DNA from: Ginkgo biloba
Taxonomy: Eukaryota; Plantae; Ginkgophyta
Direction of reading: 5' to 3'
DNA length: 19,963 nucleotides
Assembly: GCA_024626585.2 (NCBI GenBank)
Contig: JANKJI020000002.1
Span: 186,755,225 to 186,775,187 of the forward strand
Shown: positions 9,743 to 19,963 of the stretch, one piece after another
Position numbering within the stretch: position 1 is the first letter of the stretch
Layout: every line of letters begins with the position of its first letter
Translations under genes and position numbers: made by a program
The notes under the pieces: generated by a model
What the model was told of the DNA's origin: nothing
The model's database searches: none
The model's input: the letters and a program-made list of their open reading frames with translations, nothing else

Positions 9743-12162
9743 CTAGACACAATCACGAGTACTAAAGTGGTAACACCTAGAGATTGTGTAGCATTCGAAG
9801 TGGTACTCAAAATTGCTTTTGGGTGTGATGTTGCTACTATTTTTGTCGTTGTTGAAGAGGGTACTACCATTAGGTCTACTAAAGGAACTCTTTATTCTAA
9901 CGTGAAGTGTGCTTTTGCTACTGAACTCTGGGGTTACGGAGTGGGTTGTGCCAAGCCCAAGTACTAGTTGTGACTGTGGAGTCACTTAATTTTGTAGTAT
10001 ATAGAGAGGGCCTTTGGGATTGATCAACTAAATTATCCAAATTGGGTGAAGCGGACTTTGGTACTAATGTGAATGGATTGGCAATTGGTATAAGTACACC
10101 CTAGATAATTGTTGTGATCCTACAAAATAATGAGGTGTGAGATATGGGCGAGGAGGAAATGTTTGCAAATTTTATGGGTAATGATGACAAGTTTACTCGC
10201 CACAATGGAGGCGGATGGGTACCCATCCCATTTGTTGTGGCGACTGACTAAGGGATCGCTACACTTGGTGAAGTGACTAGATTAGATGGTACCTCCCTAG
10301 AGGTAGCCAAGGTTGTAGTAGGCAATTTAGGTCTACCTTCCAACTATTGCTTGAATGTTTTACTTCTTTTCTCATTACTATTGCCAATTATAGGATCCAG
10401 GCTCAGTTTGTTTTCTCTACCTTCTATTTATCTTCCCACTACTTCCTTCCTCCAATCCACTAGGCATGTAAAACTATAATTTCTACTTTGGAATTCACAT
10501 GTTGTTGCTACAAACATTCCTCTATGAGCCACAAGTTTGTTTCCATTTTCCCCACATGCTCTCGCAAGTCTTGAGTTACAAAATGTATCTTTAGGTACCC
10601 ATTATCCAATTGTGCAAGCATGCCTACTATCGGTTAAATCTCCCCATCCACAACTCTGATCCTAGGAATCCCCTTATTCTTTCTCCCTTTCAACTTCCCG
10701 CATGTCCCATTGCCTCTTGAGAAGATTCATCTTGCAATAATTGGTGAATTTCCCCAATTTCTCTCATTAGAATTTAGTTCCTCGTTTGCCAACAATCACT
10801 TGCTTCAATTAGCCCTCTGGCCTTCCTTACCACCTCCTCTCAACTTACTACAATTTGTTGAAGGATTTCCTCCCATCCTTTCGATGTCTCCTTAATCCTT
10901 ATTGTTTGTTCCACCTGGGGCAATGGTGCTTCTTCCTTGTCAGGTTCCTCCCTATCGATTCCTCCCATTTCCAAGTCCCTAATGGGTGACTGGTGGACTG
11001 GTTGCATCTCCACTTCCCCTTCTAGCAATTTCCCCAACTAGAGGTCCAAGTGATGTCATGATTTCTAGACTCTCTTGAAAATAAGGTATACTATTGTAGT
11101 TCAGAGGGTATCAAGCTTGTAAACTTGAAAGTGTTGCAAAGTCTTCGAGAGTTATTGTTGGGGCATCTTTAGGAAGAGAAATAGCCGACACAACTTTGGG
11201 GAATGACGTCCTTTGTCCTTCTATAGGGATTCTTACTCATTCCTTTGAAAATTGTTATAACCCAATTTTTTGGATCGAGATCACTTCATCCAAAGTAGTC
11301 TCTGATTCCTCTTCCTCCTCATCTTTCGACAATACCAATCTTCGCTTCTTCTGTTGTGCAACTATTGAAGACTGATGAGCCAATTTACCTTCTTCCCTCT
11401 GACACCTTGTTATTGCATCTAATGCTTGCAAACGTCACCATCTCCTCAAAGAAGGAATACCCACAACAATGGGTTCGGTTGTTGGGCAAAGAGAATCATA
11501 GCACAACTCTAGTAAATATAAAGACAAGTTGAATCTCGATTGGCGCCCATGGTTATCTTATTCAAACTTTCCTTCATCCACTATGAGAGGTATGTTGCCC
11601 AATCATATTAATTTCTTGCTAAGATGCCTTTGAGGTATGGAACTATCCAAAAGGGAAAATCATTGCATCTTTATTCACCTAAGAACCTACAATAANNNNN
11701 NNNNNTGATAATCCGGTATTCATCATTCTTTAAGGCCTCCAACTTAAGTCCTTGATCACCAAATGTGTGGTCATTTTCTCTTAGGTATAGTTCAACCACT
11801 ATGCTCTATTTCATTTTCTTAGTCAATTTCCACATAGGCTTGACCACTGGCTCCCCGCCACTTAGGAATGCTAACAACTGTCAAAAGTCTATTGGCTCTA
11901 AGGTAACCCGTCCTTTAGTGGTGACCACTAATTTTTTATTATNNNNNNNNNNNNNNTGGTGTATGATTCCAGAGCTTCTTCCAACATGGCCACATCCTTG
12001 GGTAAAATAGGCAAATCAACATAATGATCAAGTCCTTCCTTTTTGTAGTGCGTATCTCATGGGATTCTCATCCAGCCAAAGAAACCACCATTCCCACATA
12101 GGTGGAATGTCCACAGTGTACCAAGCAACTCGTGGCTCTCCTCGTGTGCCCCGTGCATCAAT
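9743..12162 (-). pseudogene. Degenerate retrotransposon accessory-type ORF (globular domain, acidic/basic linker, coiled coil, P/Q-rich tail)
   Basis: Minus-strand segments KEGLDHYVDLPILPKDVAMLEEALESY, DFPFWIVPYLKGILARN*YDWATYLS*WMKESL (YDW at 11599-11607), FNLSLYLLELCY, QQKKRRLVLSKDEEEEESE and the E-rich ORF at 10840-11037. Multiple stops and frameshifts; no gag/pol motifs recognised. Confidence 0.5.
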
Positions 12163-12262
12163 NNNNNNNNNNNNNNNNNNNNNNNNNNNNNNNNNNNNNN
12201 NNNNNNNNNNNNNNNNNNNNNNNNNNNNNNNNNNNNNNNNNNNNNNNNNNNNNNNNNNNNNN

Positions 12263-14880
12263 CCAAGTTCTAGCCCATTTGGATCACTAGTAATAATGGT
12301 AAAGAGAAAAGATGGTTTGATGTGACTTTGTGTTGATTATTGTGTGCTCAACATGATGACAATTAAAAATCGCTACTCGATACCATGAATCGATGCTTTA
12401 CTCAACTCAAAGATGCTAAGATCTTTCAAAAATTGACTTATGTAGTGGTCATCACCAAATTCACATAAAAAAGGAGATGAGTACAAGGTTACCTTTTGAA
12501 CCAATCATGGGCATTGGGAATATTTAATAATGCTCTTTGGGTTAACAAATGCTCTTACATCATTTATGGCTCTCATGAATGACTTATTTCAACTATATCT
12601 AAACAAGTCCATGATCATTTTTCTCCACAACAAATTGATTTTCTCTAAAACATGAGAGGAACACAAACAACACCTTGAGATGGTTTTTCACATACCCCTT
12701 GCCAATAATTTATACATCCACCCCCAAAAATTGGAGTCCTTTAAGATGAAACTCTCCTACCTTGGACATAACATCTCTACTAATAGCATCATTGTCAATT
12801 CTAACAAAAATTGAAGCAATACTAAAATGGACCAAGCCCCAAAATGTTCATTTTATTTGCACCTTCCTAAGACTCGTTGATTTCTATTGACAATTTATCG
12901 AAGATTTTTCCAAATTGTTGCACCACTCCATAACCTACTATCCGAAGGAATGAACGAAAAAGATGGAATGAAGTTACCAAAATTTTGAAACTTGCACTAA
13001 CTACTAGCCCAATACTCAACATCTATGAACTAGATGAACCATATGAAGTGATGATTGATGCCTCTCATAAAGCAATCAGAGTGGTCCTAATGTAGACACC
13101 CATGCCATTGCTTGCTCAGTCAAGTAAGGGATTCAATCAAACAAAATTACTACATCTACAATAAATAATTTTTGGCTTTGCTCTCAAAGAAGCTTTATGA
13201 CACTATCAACTCTACCTTGAAGGAGAAAACTTCATCTTCAAAGCTAATCATCATCCACTTCAACATTCATCTCTCAACCAACAATTAATCGGTGACATAT
13301 TTAGTGGTTAGGATTCCTCACAAGTTTTGCATGATTCCCCATCATTTATGGTCAAGAGAGAGAAATCGGGTAGCAGATGCCTTAGTTTGTATAATAGATG
13401 TATCAACTGTGTCAGTTAACCAACTTGATATTGAAGACAAATATGTGGATGATCCTGCTTCTCAAAAGCCTAACTTAGCCTACATAATCAAAATTGAACA
13501 CAACATAAGATTTCCATATATACCCACTCTACATACACTATAAACAATTATTCGTTAAAGATGGATTTTACATCTCATTGGANNNNNNNNNNNNNNNNNN
13601 NNNNNNNNNNNNNNNNNNNNNNNNNNNNNNNNNNNNNNNNNNNNNNNNNNNNNNNNNNNNNNNNNNNNNNNNNNNNNNNNNNNNNNNNNNNNNNNNNNNN
13701 NNNNNNNNNNNNNNNNNNNNNNNNNNNNNNNNNCAATGCCAACGTAACAAGGTGTAAGGGAAGATTCTAGCAAGATTACTAGAACCGCTAGATATTCCCC
13801 AGGATTGATGGGAAAGTGCATCTTTGGATTTTGTAAACAACTTATCTCAATCAAACCGCTATAATAACCAAATTTTTGTGGGCATTGATCGATTGTCTAC
13901 AATGGCCTACTTCATACCATGAAATTGGACACATTGACCATGATATCTCCAACGTATTTTTAAAAGATATTGTTGGTCTTCATGGTCTACCTTGCTCTAT
14001 CACCTTATGATCATGATCTAATATTCACTAGCAATTTTTGTATTGCTCTGTTTAAATCCTTAGGACCACAACTCAATTTTAGTTCCACATTCCATCCAAA
14101 ATCTAATGACCAAACTGAACGTGTTAGTTGAGTTTTGAATATATGTTATAGAATTACTCCACAATAAAATATGGTCTTGGGAGGAATACTTACACTTTGT
14201 TGACTTTGCTTACAACAATTTTACCACACATCCATTGGGATATCCCCTTATCAAGGTCCCAATGAACACACCACCGTTACCCCCCCTCAAATTGGATAAT
14301 CCTAGGTAAACCAATTAAATTGTACAAACTACAAGATGCAATGAAAGACATTACTCGACAAACTCAAGATAAGATTGCTCAAGCATAAGTTGACTATAAG
14401 CACCAACCAATAAACATCGACGATTTTGAGAATTGTCATTGGTGATCAAGTGTTGTTACATGTTGCTTCCAATCATTACATAGAAGGCAATTCCTTTTAA
14501 CCTAAATTCCAAGCTCATTTCTAAGGGCCATTCCAAATAGTTGATGAGAATCTCTGATCTACTATATGCTCAGCCTACCACCCACATGGGGAAAGATCCA
14601 CCCTACTTTTCATATCTCATGCGTGAAGCCGTATAACCCATCAGACAGACCACTAACCAAAGGTTTATAATGATTTGGTTCTAGACTTCCTCAAAGAAAA
14701 CAAAACCATGCTAGCAACTACGACAAAAGTCATCAAACACAGAATAAAAGTCTATGTAATCGAGTCATCGCGGAATATCTCGTCACATGGCAAGGTCACC
14801 CGGTTAATGAAACCACTGAGCATACTGNNNNNNNNNNAAGAGATGCAAGTAGATCTCAACCTCATTCAAAAGTTCATCAA
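12263..14880 (+). mobile_element. Degenerate Ty3/gypsy chromovirus pol: reverse transcriptase, RNase H, integrase, chromodomain
   Basis: RT: PSSSPFGSLVIMVKRKDG..LCVDY..LN..TIKNRY, MLFGLTNA, catalytic FLDD decayed to FLHN (12620-12631), YLGH. RNase H: IDAS (13054-13065) and NRVADAL (~13364-13384). Integrase: QCQRNK, WESASLDFV, LHGLP, FSSTFHPKSNDQTERV, GPF (~14525) and LPPTWGKIHPTFHISCVKPY. Chromodomain: EYLVTWQGHPVNETTE (14773-14820). Many stops and frameshifts. Confidence 0.95.
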
Positions 14881-14904
14881 GGACACAATGAGGGAATTGC
14901 TGTT

Positions 14905-14916
14905 AAAGAAGGGGAG
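14905..14916 (+). promoter_or_regulatory. Polypurine tract of the chromovirus
   Basis: AAAGAAGGGGAG directly after the chromodomain and 2 nt before TGTAATG. Confidence 0.8.
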
Positions 14917-14918
14917 TA

Positions 14919-15100
14919 TGTAATGGACAAATTAAATTAAATAGTAGTCTATCACACTAGGAAGAAGGATCGTGTCCCTACAATTAAACACAACCCTTGC
15001 TTCTCAACAATATCTAATCTTAAACATGCATTGTGAACTCATCAATTGTTTTAAACATTCATCTTGTGATTGAGGACCACCTCACATAATATGTCTTCTC
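14919..15100 (+). mobile_element. Start of chromovirus 3' LTR (right end not determined)
   Basis: TGTAATGG immediately follows the PPT. No matching CATTACA terminus was identified, so the end coordinate is arbitrary. Confidence 0.6.
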
Positions 15101-16124
15101 TTACGCCAAACCCATGAATTCTACCAGACAATAACATGTGCATGCATAACCAAGACTAATCATAGCCTTGGTCTTCAGTCCAACCGAATTAGCATGCACA
15201 TGATTCATCGATGTACACTACAGTCTGGATGGTGATTTTGGAGCCTGTGAGCATCTTTTCCATTGGATATTCTTGGGAAAGAGGATGTAGTTATCTCCAC
15301 ATTCCTAAAAGCACCAATAACATGAGTCCTTGTTAGACTACATAAGTATTTCCCTCATGTAGCGCAAGTGCCTGTGAAAGGGAATGTTTATGAGGACCCC
15401 TTGCTCTAGTAATTGGGGTGCTTTCACCCCTTATTCNNNNNNNNNNNNNNNNNNNNNNNNNNNNNNNNNNNNNNNNNNNNNNNNNNNNNNNNNNNNNNNN
15501 NNNNNNNNNNNNNNNNNNNNNNNNNNNNNNNNNNNNNNNNNNNNNNNNNNNNNNNNNNNNNNNNNNNNNNNNNNNNNNNNNNNNNNNNNNNNNNNNNNNN
15601 NNNNNNNNNNNNNNNNNNNNNNNNNNNNNNNNNNNNNNNNNNNNNNNNNNNNNNNNNNNNNNNNNNNNNNNNNNNNNNNNNNNNNNNNNNNNNNNNNNNN
15701 NNNNNNNNNNNNNNNNNNNNNNNNNNNNNNNNNNNNNNNNNNNNNNNNNNNNNNNNNNNNNNNNNNNNNNNNNNNNNNNNNNNNNNNNNNNNNNNNNNNN
15801 NNNNNNNNNNNNNNNNNNNNNNNNNNNNNNNNNNNNNNNNNNNNNNNNNNNNNNNNNNNNNNNNNNNNNNNNNNNNNNNNNNNNNNNNNNNNNNNNCAAT
15901 GTCCGATACTGGTCTGTGAAGGGCTGCAACCCTTGTTTTAACCACAATAGGTTCTATCATCATGGACTGCATCTGGTGTAAACATACACAAACAAAAAAG
16001 TGATGAGCATGTAATCTTGTGTTGTTAGCCATGTTTTCCACGGTAACAGGTACTCATCTTAAGTTAAATACTACAGTTCTATTGATGGATCATTGACAGC
16101 TATATTGATCCTTTCTGAATGCAG

Positions 16125-16204
16125 GTCCTTCTCTTGACCATTTGGAGGCAGCACTTGGGAAATTTTCTGATGATGGTCCTTTCTTTCTTGGTGAACTCGG
16201 TGTG
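16125..16204 (+). CDS. GSTL: Internal exon of a Lambda-class glutathione S-transferase (In2-1-like), C-terminal domain
   Basis: Acceptor tttctgaatgcAG and donor GTatgc. The 80-nt exon reads xPSLDHLEAALGKFSDDGPFFLGELGV, matching GSTL FDYLENALxKFDDGPFFLGxxSL. Confidence 0.92.
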
Positions 16205-16335
16205 GTATGCCTCACTTTTGCAATCTTGTACATTTGAATGTTTTCAAGTAATAGAAGTCAGCAGGTTGTTTTGCACTTCGTTGCCTTGGAAGTGCTATAT
16301 GGGGTAAAATTAACTCTGATACATTCATTTTGAAG

Positions 16336-16443
16336 GTAGATATTGCTTATGCACCCTTCATTGAAAGGTTTCAACTGGCCTTTCTTAACATTAAGAGCTA
16401 CAACATCACAAATGGAAGGCCAAATTTGGCTAAATGGATTGAG
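16336..16443 (+). CDS. GSTL: Next internal exon of the Lambda-class glutathione S-transferase
   Basis: Acceptor ttttgaAG and donor GTatgt. The 108-nt phase-0 exon reads VDIAYAPFIERFQLAFLNIKSYNITNGRPNLAKWIE, the GSTL VDIAYxPFIERF...ITxGRPxLxxWIE signature. It joins the previous exon in frame across a 131-nt GT-AG intron (16205-16335). Confidence 0.95.
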
Positions 16444-18773
16444 GTATGTGAATTGCTCCTTATAGCTGTAACCATCGTCCTTTGAACAAAATAGTGGAAC
16501 ATAATAATTTGTTATTCAACTCAGCATACTTGACATCAGATCTGCCATCTCATTGTGAAACCTAGATGTTCATAAGATTTTTGAAATTTATCAACAGGCC
16601 TTCTTACTCATTAAACATTTCTCCTCTCTTCTTTAGCTTGAGATTGAGAACTCAGAGCTATAAATCCTCCTGGTATCAAATTACTTTGGGCTGTAGGATG
16701 TACATCTTGTAGATGTCAAACTCCTCACCAGTTCAAGTCTTTGATGATGGAAAGTACATCTGTGATGATCAATCACTAATCCCCACACGATAGTCTCTAG
16801 GATTCTCCTTGAGGACTGGTCCCTTGGATGAATTCTAACAAGATGAACAAACAGTTCAGTGTGAATTCAGCCTTGGCCATACATGGTTAGCTAAGCCTAA
16901 GACTTGCCTTTCCAACTTACAATTTGACAAAAACAAAAAACTATCAAACTACTTATTGGATCAAAAAAACACTAATAAGGGAAATACCAAAACTACATTG
17001 GAGAAGAGAGTAAAGCTCTAGTTTGTCAATGTTGCCCCGCCTTTTTTTCACAGCTTTAACACCATCTGCACTTGCTCTGCATGGTTGCCAACTATTATGG
17101 TTGTAAGCAAAATTGTTCCATCTCATCTTCCCCAGTTATCACTTATATCATTATTTGATATTTTGCTGAAAGGAGTGTGAATAGTACTACATATTAGAAA
17201 CTAAGATAACAACATTTAAAAAGAAGAAACAGGTAAAACAACATTACTTTCAAAGAATTTATAACCTCTAACATGTATGACCCTTTTGGCTTAGCAAGCA
17301 ACTTTTTCTACTTGGAAGCATATGCCTATTGTATAGGGTTTTTTATGACCTTCAAAGCGAGTGGTCACAAGTCTAGGCTTTACCCTCAGAAGAGCAGATT
17401 ATGGCCTTCCCAAACCTGAAATGTGAAATAGAGAAGTACAGCCAGTTAGAAACTCACCAGGTCGACCAAAGTTTAAATTGGTTCCAATCATTGGCAAAAA
17501 AGTCAATGCCGGTCAAACTTTCAGCTAAAACAAGGCGAGTAGAGTTACAATTAAGCCTATATGGGCCGACCTCTACCTTGATATGTGAGCCACTAGGTCT
17601 ATAGGGTGCTCCTTTGCATATGTAGAAGATGTTGGCTAAATTCCCACTGTCGTACTTAAAAACTCTACTTTAGTTTTCCATTGATAGGTTCTTTAATTAC
17701 GCACTAGAAGTTGAAGAGTGCCTTTTCCTTGCATCTGTTNNNNNNNNNNNNNNNNNNNNNNNNNNNNNNNNNNNNNNNNNNNNNNNNNNNNNNNNNNNNN
17801 NNNNNNNNNNNNNNNNNNNNNNNNNNNNNNNNNNNNNNNACTATTTGCATGATTTATTTACTAGTAGATATGTTTGGCTATACTAATTTTAACAAATGGA
17901 AGGAGAAGAGTCAGAGGATTTCATAGACGATTGGAGGCAATCTACGTAATCATCCATAAATGCTAGGAATTAGAATGGCGTCCTTCATTTGTTATAGAAA
18001 TAACTTGTTATATTTCTTTAGGTTGTTCTCTATGAAAAATAAATGAGACTTTGAGAGTCATTATGAGTGAGCTCAATTGACAAGGTGATATCATTTCTCA
18101 ATGAAAGATTCAAGCATTCTAAGTTTAGTTTTGATTAAAGCGCTTGGTTAAAGCCTGCAACCTTCTTCTATCATTAGTGATCCTATTCATTCTATCTAAG
18201 GGTTGAGATGCAGTTACTTATTGACGCCATCAAGTTAATATGTTAATCTCATTGGGAAAATGCATCTGTGCTAGTAAACACACTTTAGGATTCAAGCCAT
18301 ATAGTGTTTAGTGACATCTTCGACATTTGTAGTGCTTCGGTTGTGTCATTCGTAAGTGAAAATCCAATAAAGAGTTAGGCCATTGTAGTGAATGAAGAAG
18401 CAATGTCTTTGTGGTGTGATGGGCCTGCATTTTTCATCTTTACCTTGCATCTAAATGGAAAATATGACCTTCACCTCTAAATTTGGATTGAAGACATGAT
18501 CTTTGCCTAATTTGCATTGCCTCGCATCAGGAAGCAGAACATAGGTTTCACCTTGCATTATCAATTTTTAGGAGGGATGGACATTGAAAAACTCAGCCAA
18601 AACTATCAAGGATACCACTCTGATAAAATTTAAACCTCTTTTGGAGTTTATATAGTTTTCGAATGATTTATGTTTGAAGGCTATCTCAATTTTGATTTTT
18701 TATTGTTCATACTAGATAAATCCCTATGCTATAAGCAACAATGATATTGGATATATTCAACATTCTTAGGGTT

Positions 18774-19356
18774 TGTTGGAGGTGAAATCAGTGTTGATAT
18801 TTCAAACTTGTTCATTCCAGGCATGTTCGTTTTGGCTTTGGTTATTTGGCCGTTTCAATCGTTTGCTCGTTTCGATCATTTGATCGTCTGGTCATTTGAT
18901 CATTTGGTCATTTTGATCGTCACTGCTTGTTCGTAGTAGTAATTATTCTGAGTATTATGCTCATTATGAAGTATTATGAAAATTTGCCATAAACTCAATG
19001 AAATCAACAGTTAGGTAGTATTAGTTAGTTGGCTTAGGAGTCATGTCTGCCCATGAAAGGGTGCATAAAAAGGTATTTAAAGGAAGTCGCAAGGGTTGTT
19101 CTCATCATCAATTATGCACAGAATCATCATCAATTATATTTGATCGTCGCTGTATAACAATTCTCTTATAATAATTATTACCATTTTAGATATCATGTGG
19201 ATTCATTTCTATTAGCATTAGATTTCTAATCGGTACTGGCACTCTCTCAAGGCTGCAACACAACTTGTTGGTGAGAGAAGTAGGTTGTGTCCATCTTGGG
19301 AGTCTGTCAGCACCATAGAATGAATGTTTAAAGCGGAGCAGCCCCAAACACCAACA
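18774..19356 (+). mobile_element. 5' LTR (~583 bp) of an Athila-like Ty3/gypsy element
   Basis: TGTTGG...CCAACA terminal inverted repeat. Contains ~8-bp GATCATTT/GATCGTTT tandem units (~18850-18920), a TATA-like GGTATTTAAAGG (~19072-19083) and duplicated TCATCATCAATTAT (19102, 19124). A PBS-like sequence follows. Confidence 0.65.
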
Positions 19357-19359
19357 TTT

Positions 19360-19373
19360 TGGTTCCGTTGTTG
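19360..19373 (+). promoter_or_regulatory. Decayed tRNA-Asp-like primer-binding site
   Basis: TGGTTCCGTTGTTG versus canonical TGGCGCCGTTGCCG; three of the four differences are C>T. It lies 3 nt after the LTR end. Confidence 0.55.
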
Positions 19374-19486
19374 TTCTTGAACCCTAGGTCGAGCAATGAA
19401 GAAAACAATAAACTAGTGTTCACCCTGGACATCACAAAGTTTACAACTTTCTACTAAAACCTTCAAGATAGTTGGGGGCCTTCTCC

Positions 19487-19963
19487 ATGCCATCTAAGGA
19501 GCACAACTTGCATAGAAATCAAGAGTGTAACGTCAAGAAAACCAAGAAAAGAAAAAATTAGCTCAAGCTAATAAAAATCGAAAGAAAGGATCAAAGAAGG
19601 GTGAAAGCTTGAATCTTAGCGGCGAGACACGTAGTAGCACGACAAAGGAACTGTAGGAAAAATAAGGAATGGGACCAAAACTACAATTGCCAACACCGAA
19701 AAAGGAAGACGAGAAAACAAGGACAAAGTCGCAAGAAGAAGAAGAAATCTGCTTGACGGACAAGGCTGACGAAGGCCCCACTGCTACCAATACCTGTAGA
19801 ACTAAAGACAACAACACTTTTTGACTAGAAGACAGAGAATTATCAGTTCAAAAGAACCCACTGTACAAAATGGTAAGGAATGAGGAAAAAGCTAAAGCAA
19901 ATCCATAGTACATTGTGGTACAAAATGGCAATGCATTTTCAAATCTTCGGTATGATGGAATTG
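19487..19963 (+). pseudogene. Degenerate K/E-rich N-terminal part of a gag-like ORF, running off the window
   Basis: Purine-rich frame QENQEKKKLAQANKNRKKGSKKGESLNLSGETRSSTTKEL*EK*GMGPKLQLPTPKKEDEK... with scattered stops, just downstream of LTR+PBS. No diagnostic gag motif is visible. Confidence 0.45.

Larger units (their letters stand above)
1500..17839. other. Assembly gaps (14 N-runs)
   Basis: N at 1500-1524, 3347-3356, 4307-4406, 5509-6191, 7689-7788, 8562-8591, 8847-9510, 11696-11705, 11943-11956, 12163-12262, 13583-13733, 14828-14837, 15437-15896 and 17740-17839. The exact 10-N and 100-N runs suggest placeholder gap sizes. Confidence 0.95.

Noticed and set aside
11957-12325. Single element combining an antisense accessory ORF with the chromovirus pol
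   Set aside because: The junction is a placeholder 100-N gap and the chromovirus gag/protease is missing, so adjacency is unreliable.
5430-16041. Long ORFs in the track (5430-6286, 8746-9580, 13555-13854, 15333-16041)
   Set aside because: Artefacts of translating through N-runs.
18572-18655. Candidate final GSTL exon (ttttAG|EGWTLKNSAKTIKDTTLIKFKPLLEFI*)
   Set aside because: The acceptor, initial Glu and length are plausible, but there is no similarity to the expected EMNKIxAYxxTKxDP motif.
16444-18773. Short ORFs and possible coding in the region downstream of the GSTL exons
   Set aside because: No recognisable protein motifs found on either strand; treated as intron with unidentifiable repeat debris.

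Overview
AT-rich, gappy draft-assembly window from a large land-plant nuclear genome; a gymnosperm or fern-like host is inferred, not proven. It has 14 N-runs, four of exactly 100 N. Most of the window is nested, decayed Ty3/gypsy LTR-retrotransposon sequence: two minus-strand gag/protease remnants, a degraded chromovirus pol (RT-RNase H-integrase-chromodomain, then PPT and 3' LTR start), two TGTTGG...CCAACA LTRs each followed by a tRNA-Asp-like PBS, and a long degenerate accessory ORF. The only clear host-gene sequence is two open exons of a Lambda-class glutathione transferase (GSTL/In2-1) at 16125-16443, which the ORF track missed. Its neighbouring exons are not visible, so the TE mass may be intronic. 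Two structured tandem arrays stand out: about 14 copies of a 25-nt hairpin with a compensatory variant (8151-8679), and a 44/88-bp higher-order CACTA-like repeat (5295-5508). There is also a CpG-rich segment that looks like a captured host-gene 5' fragment. No intact TE ORF, RNA gene or CRISPR array was found.
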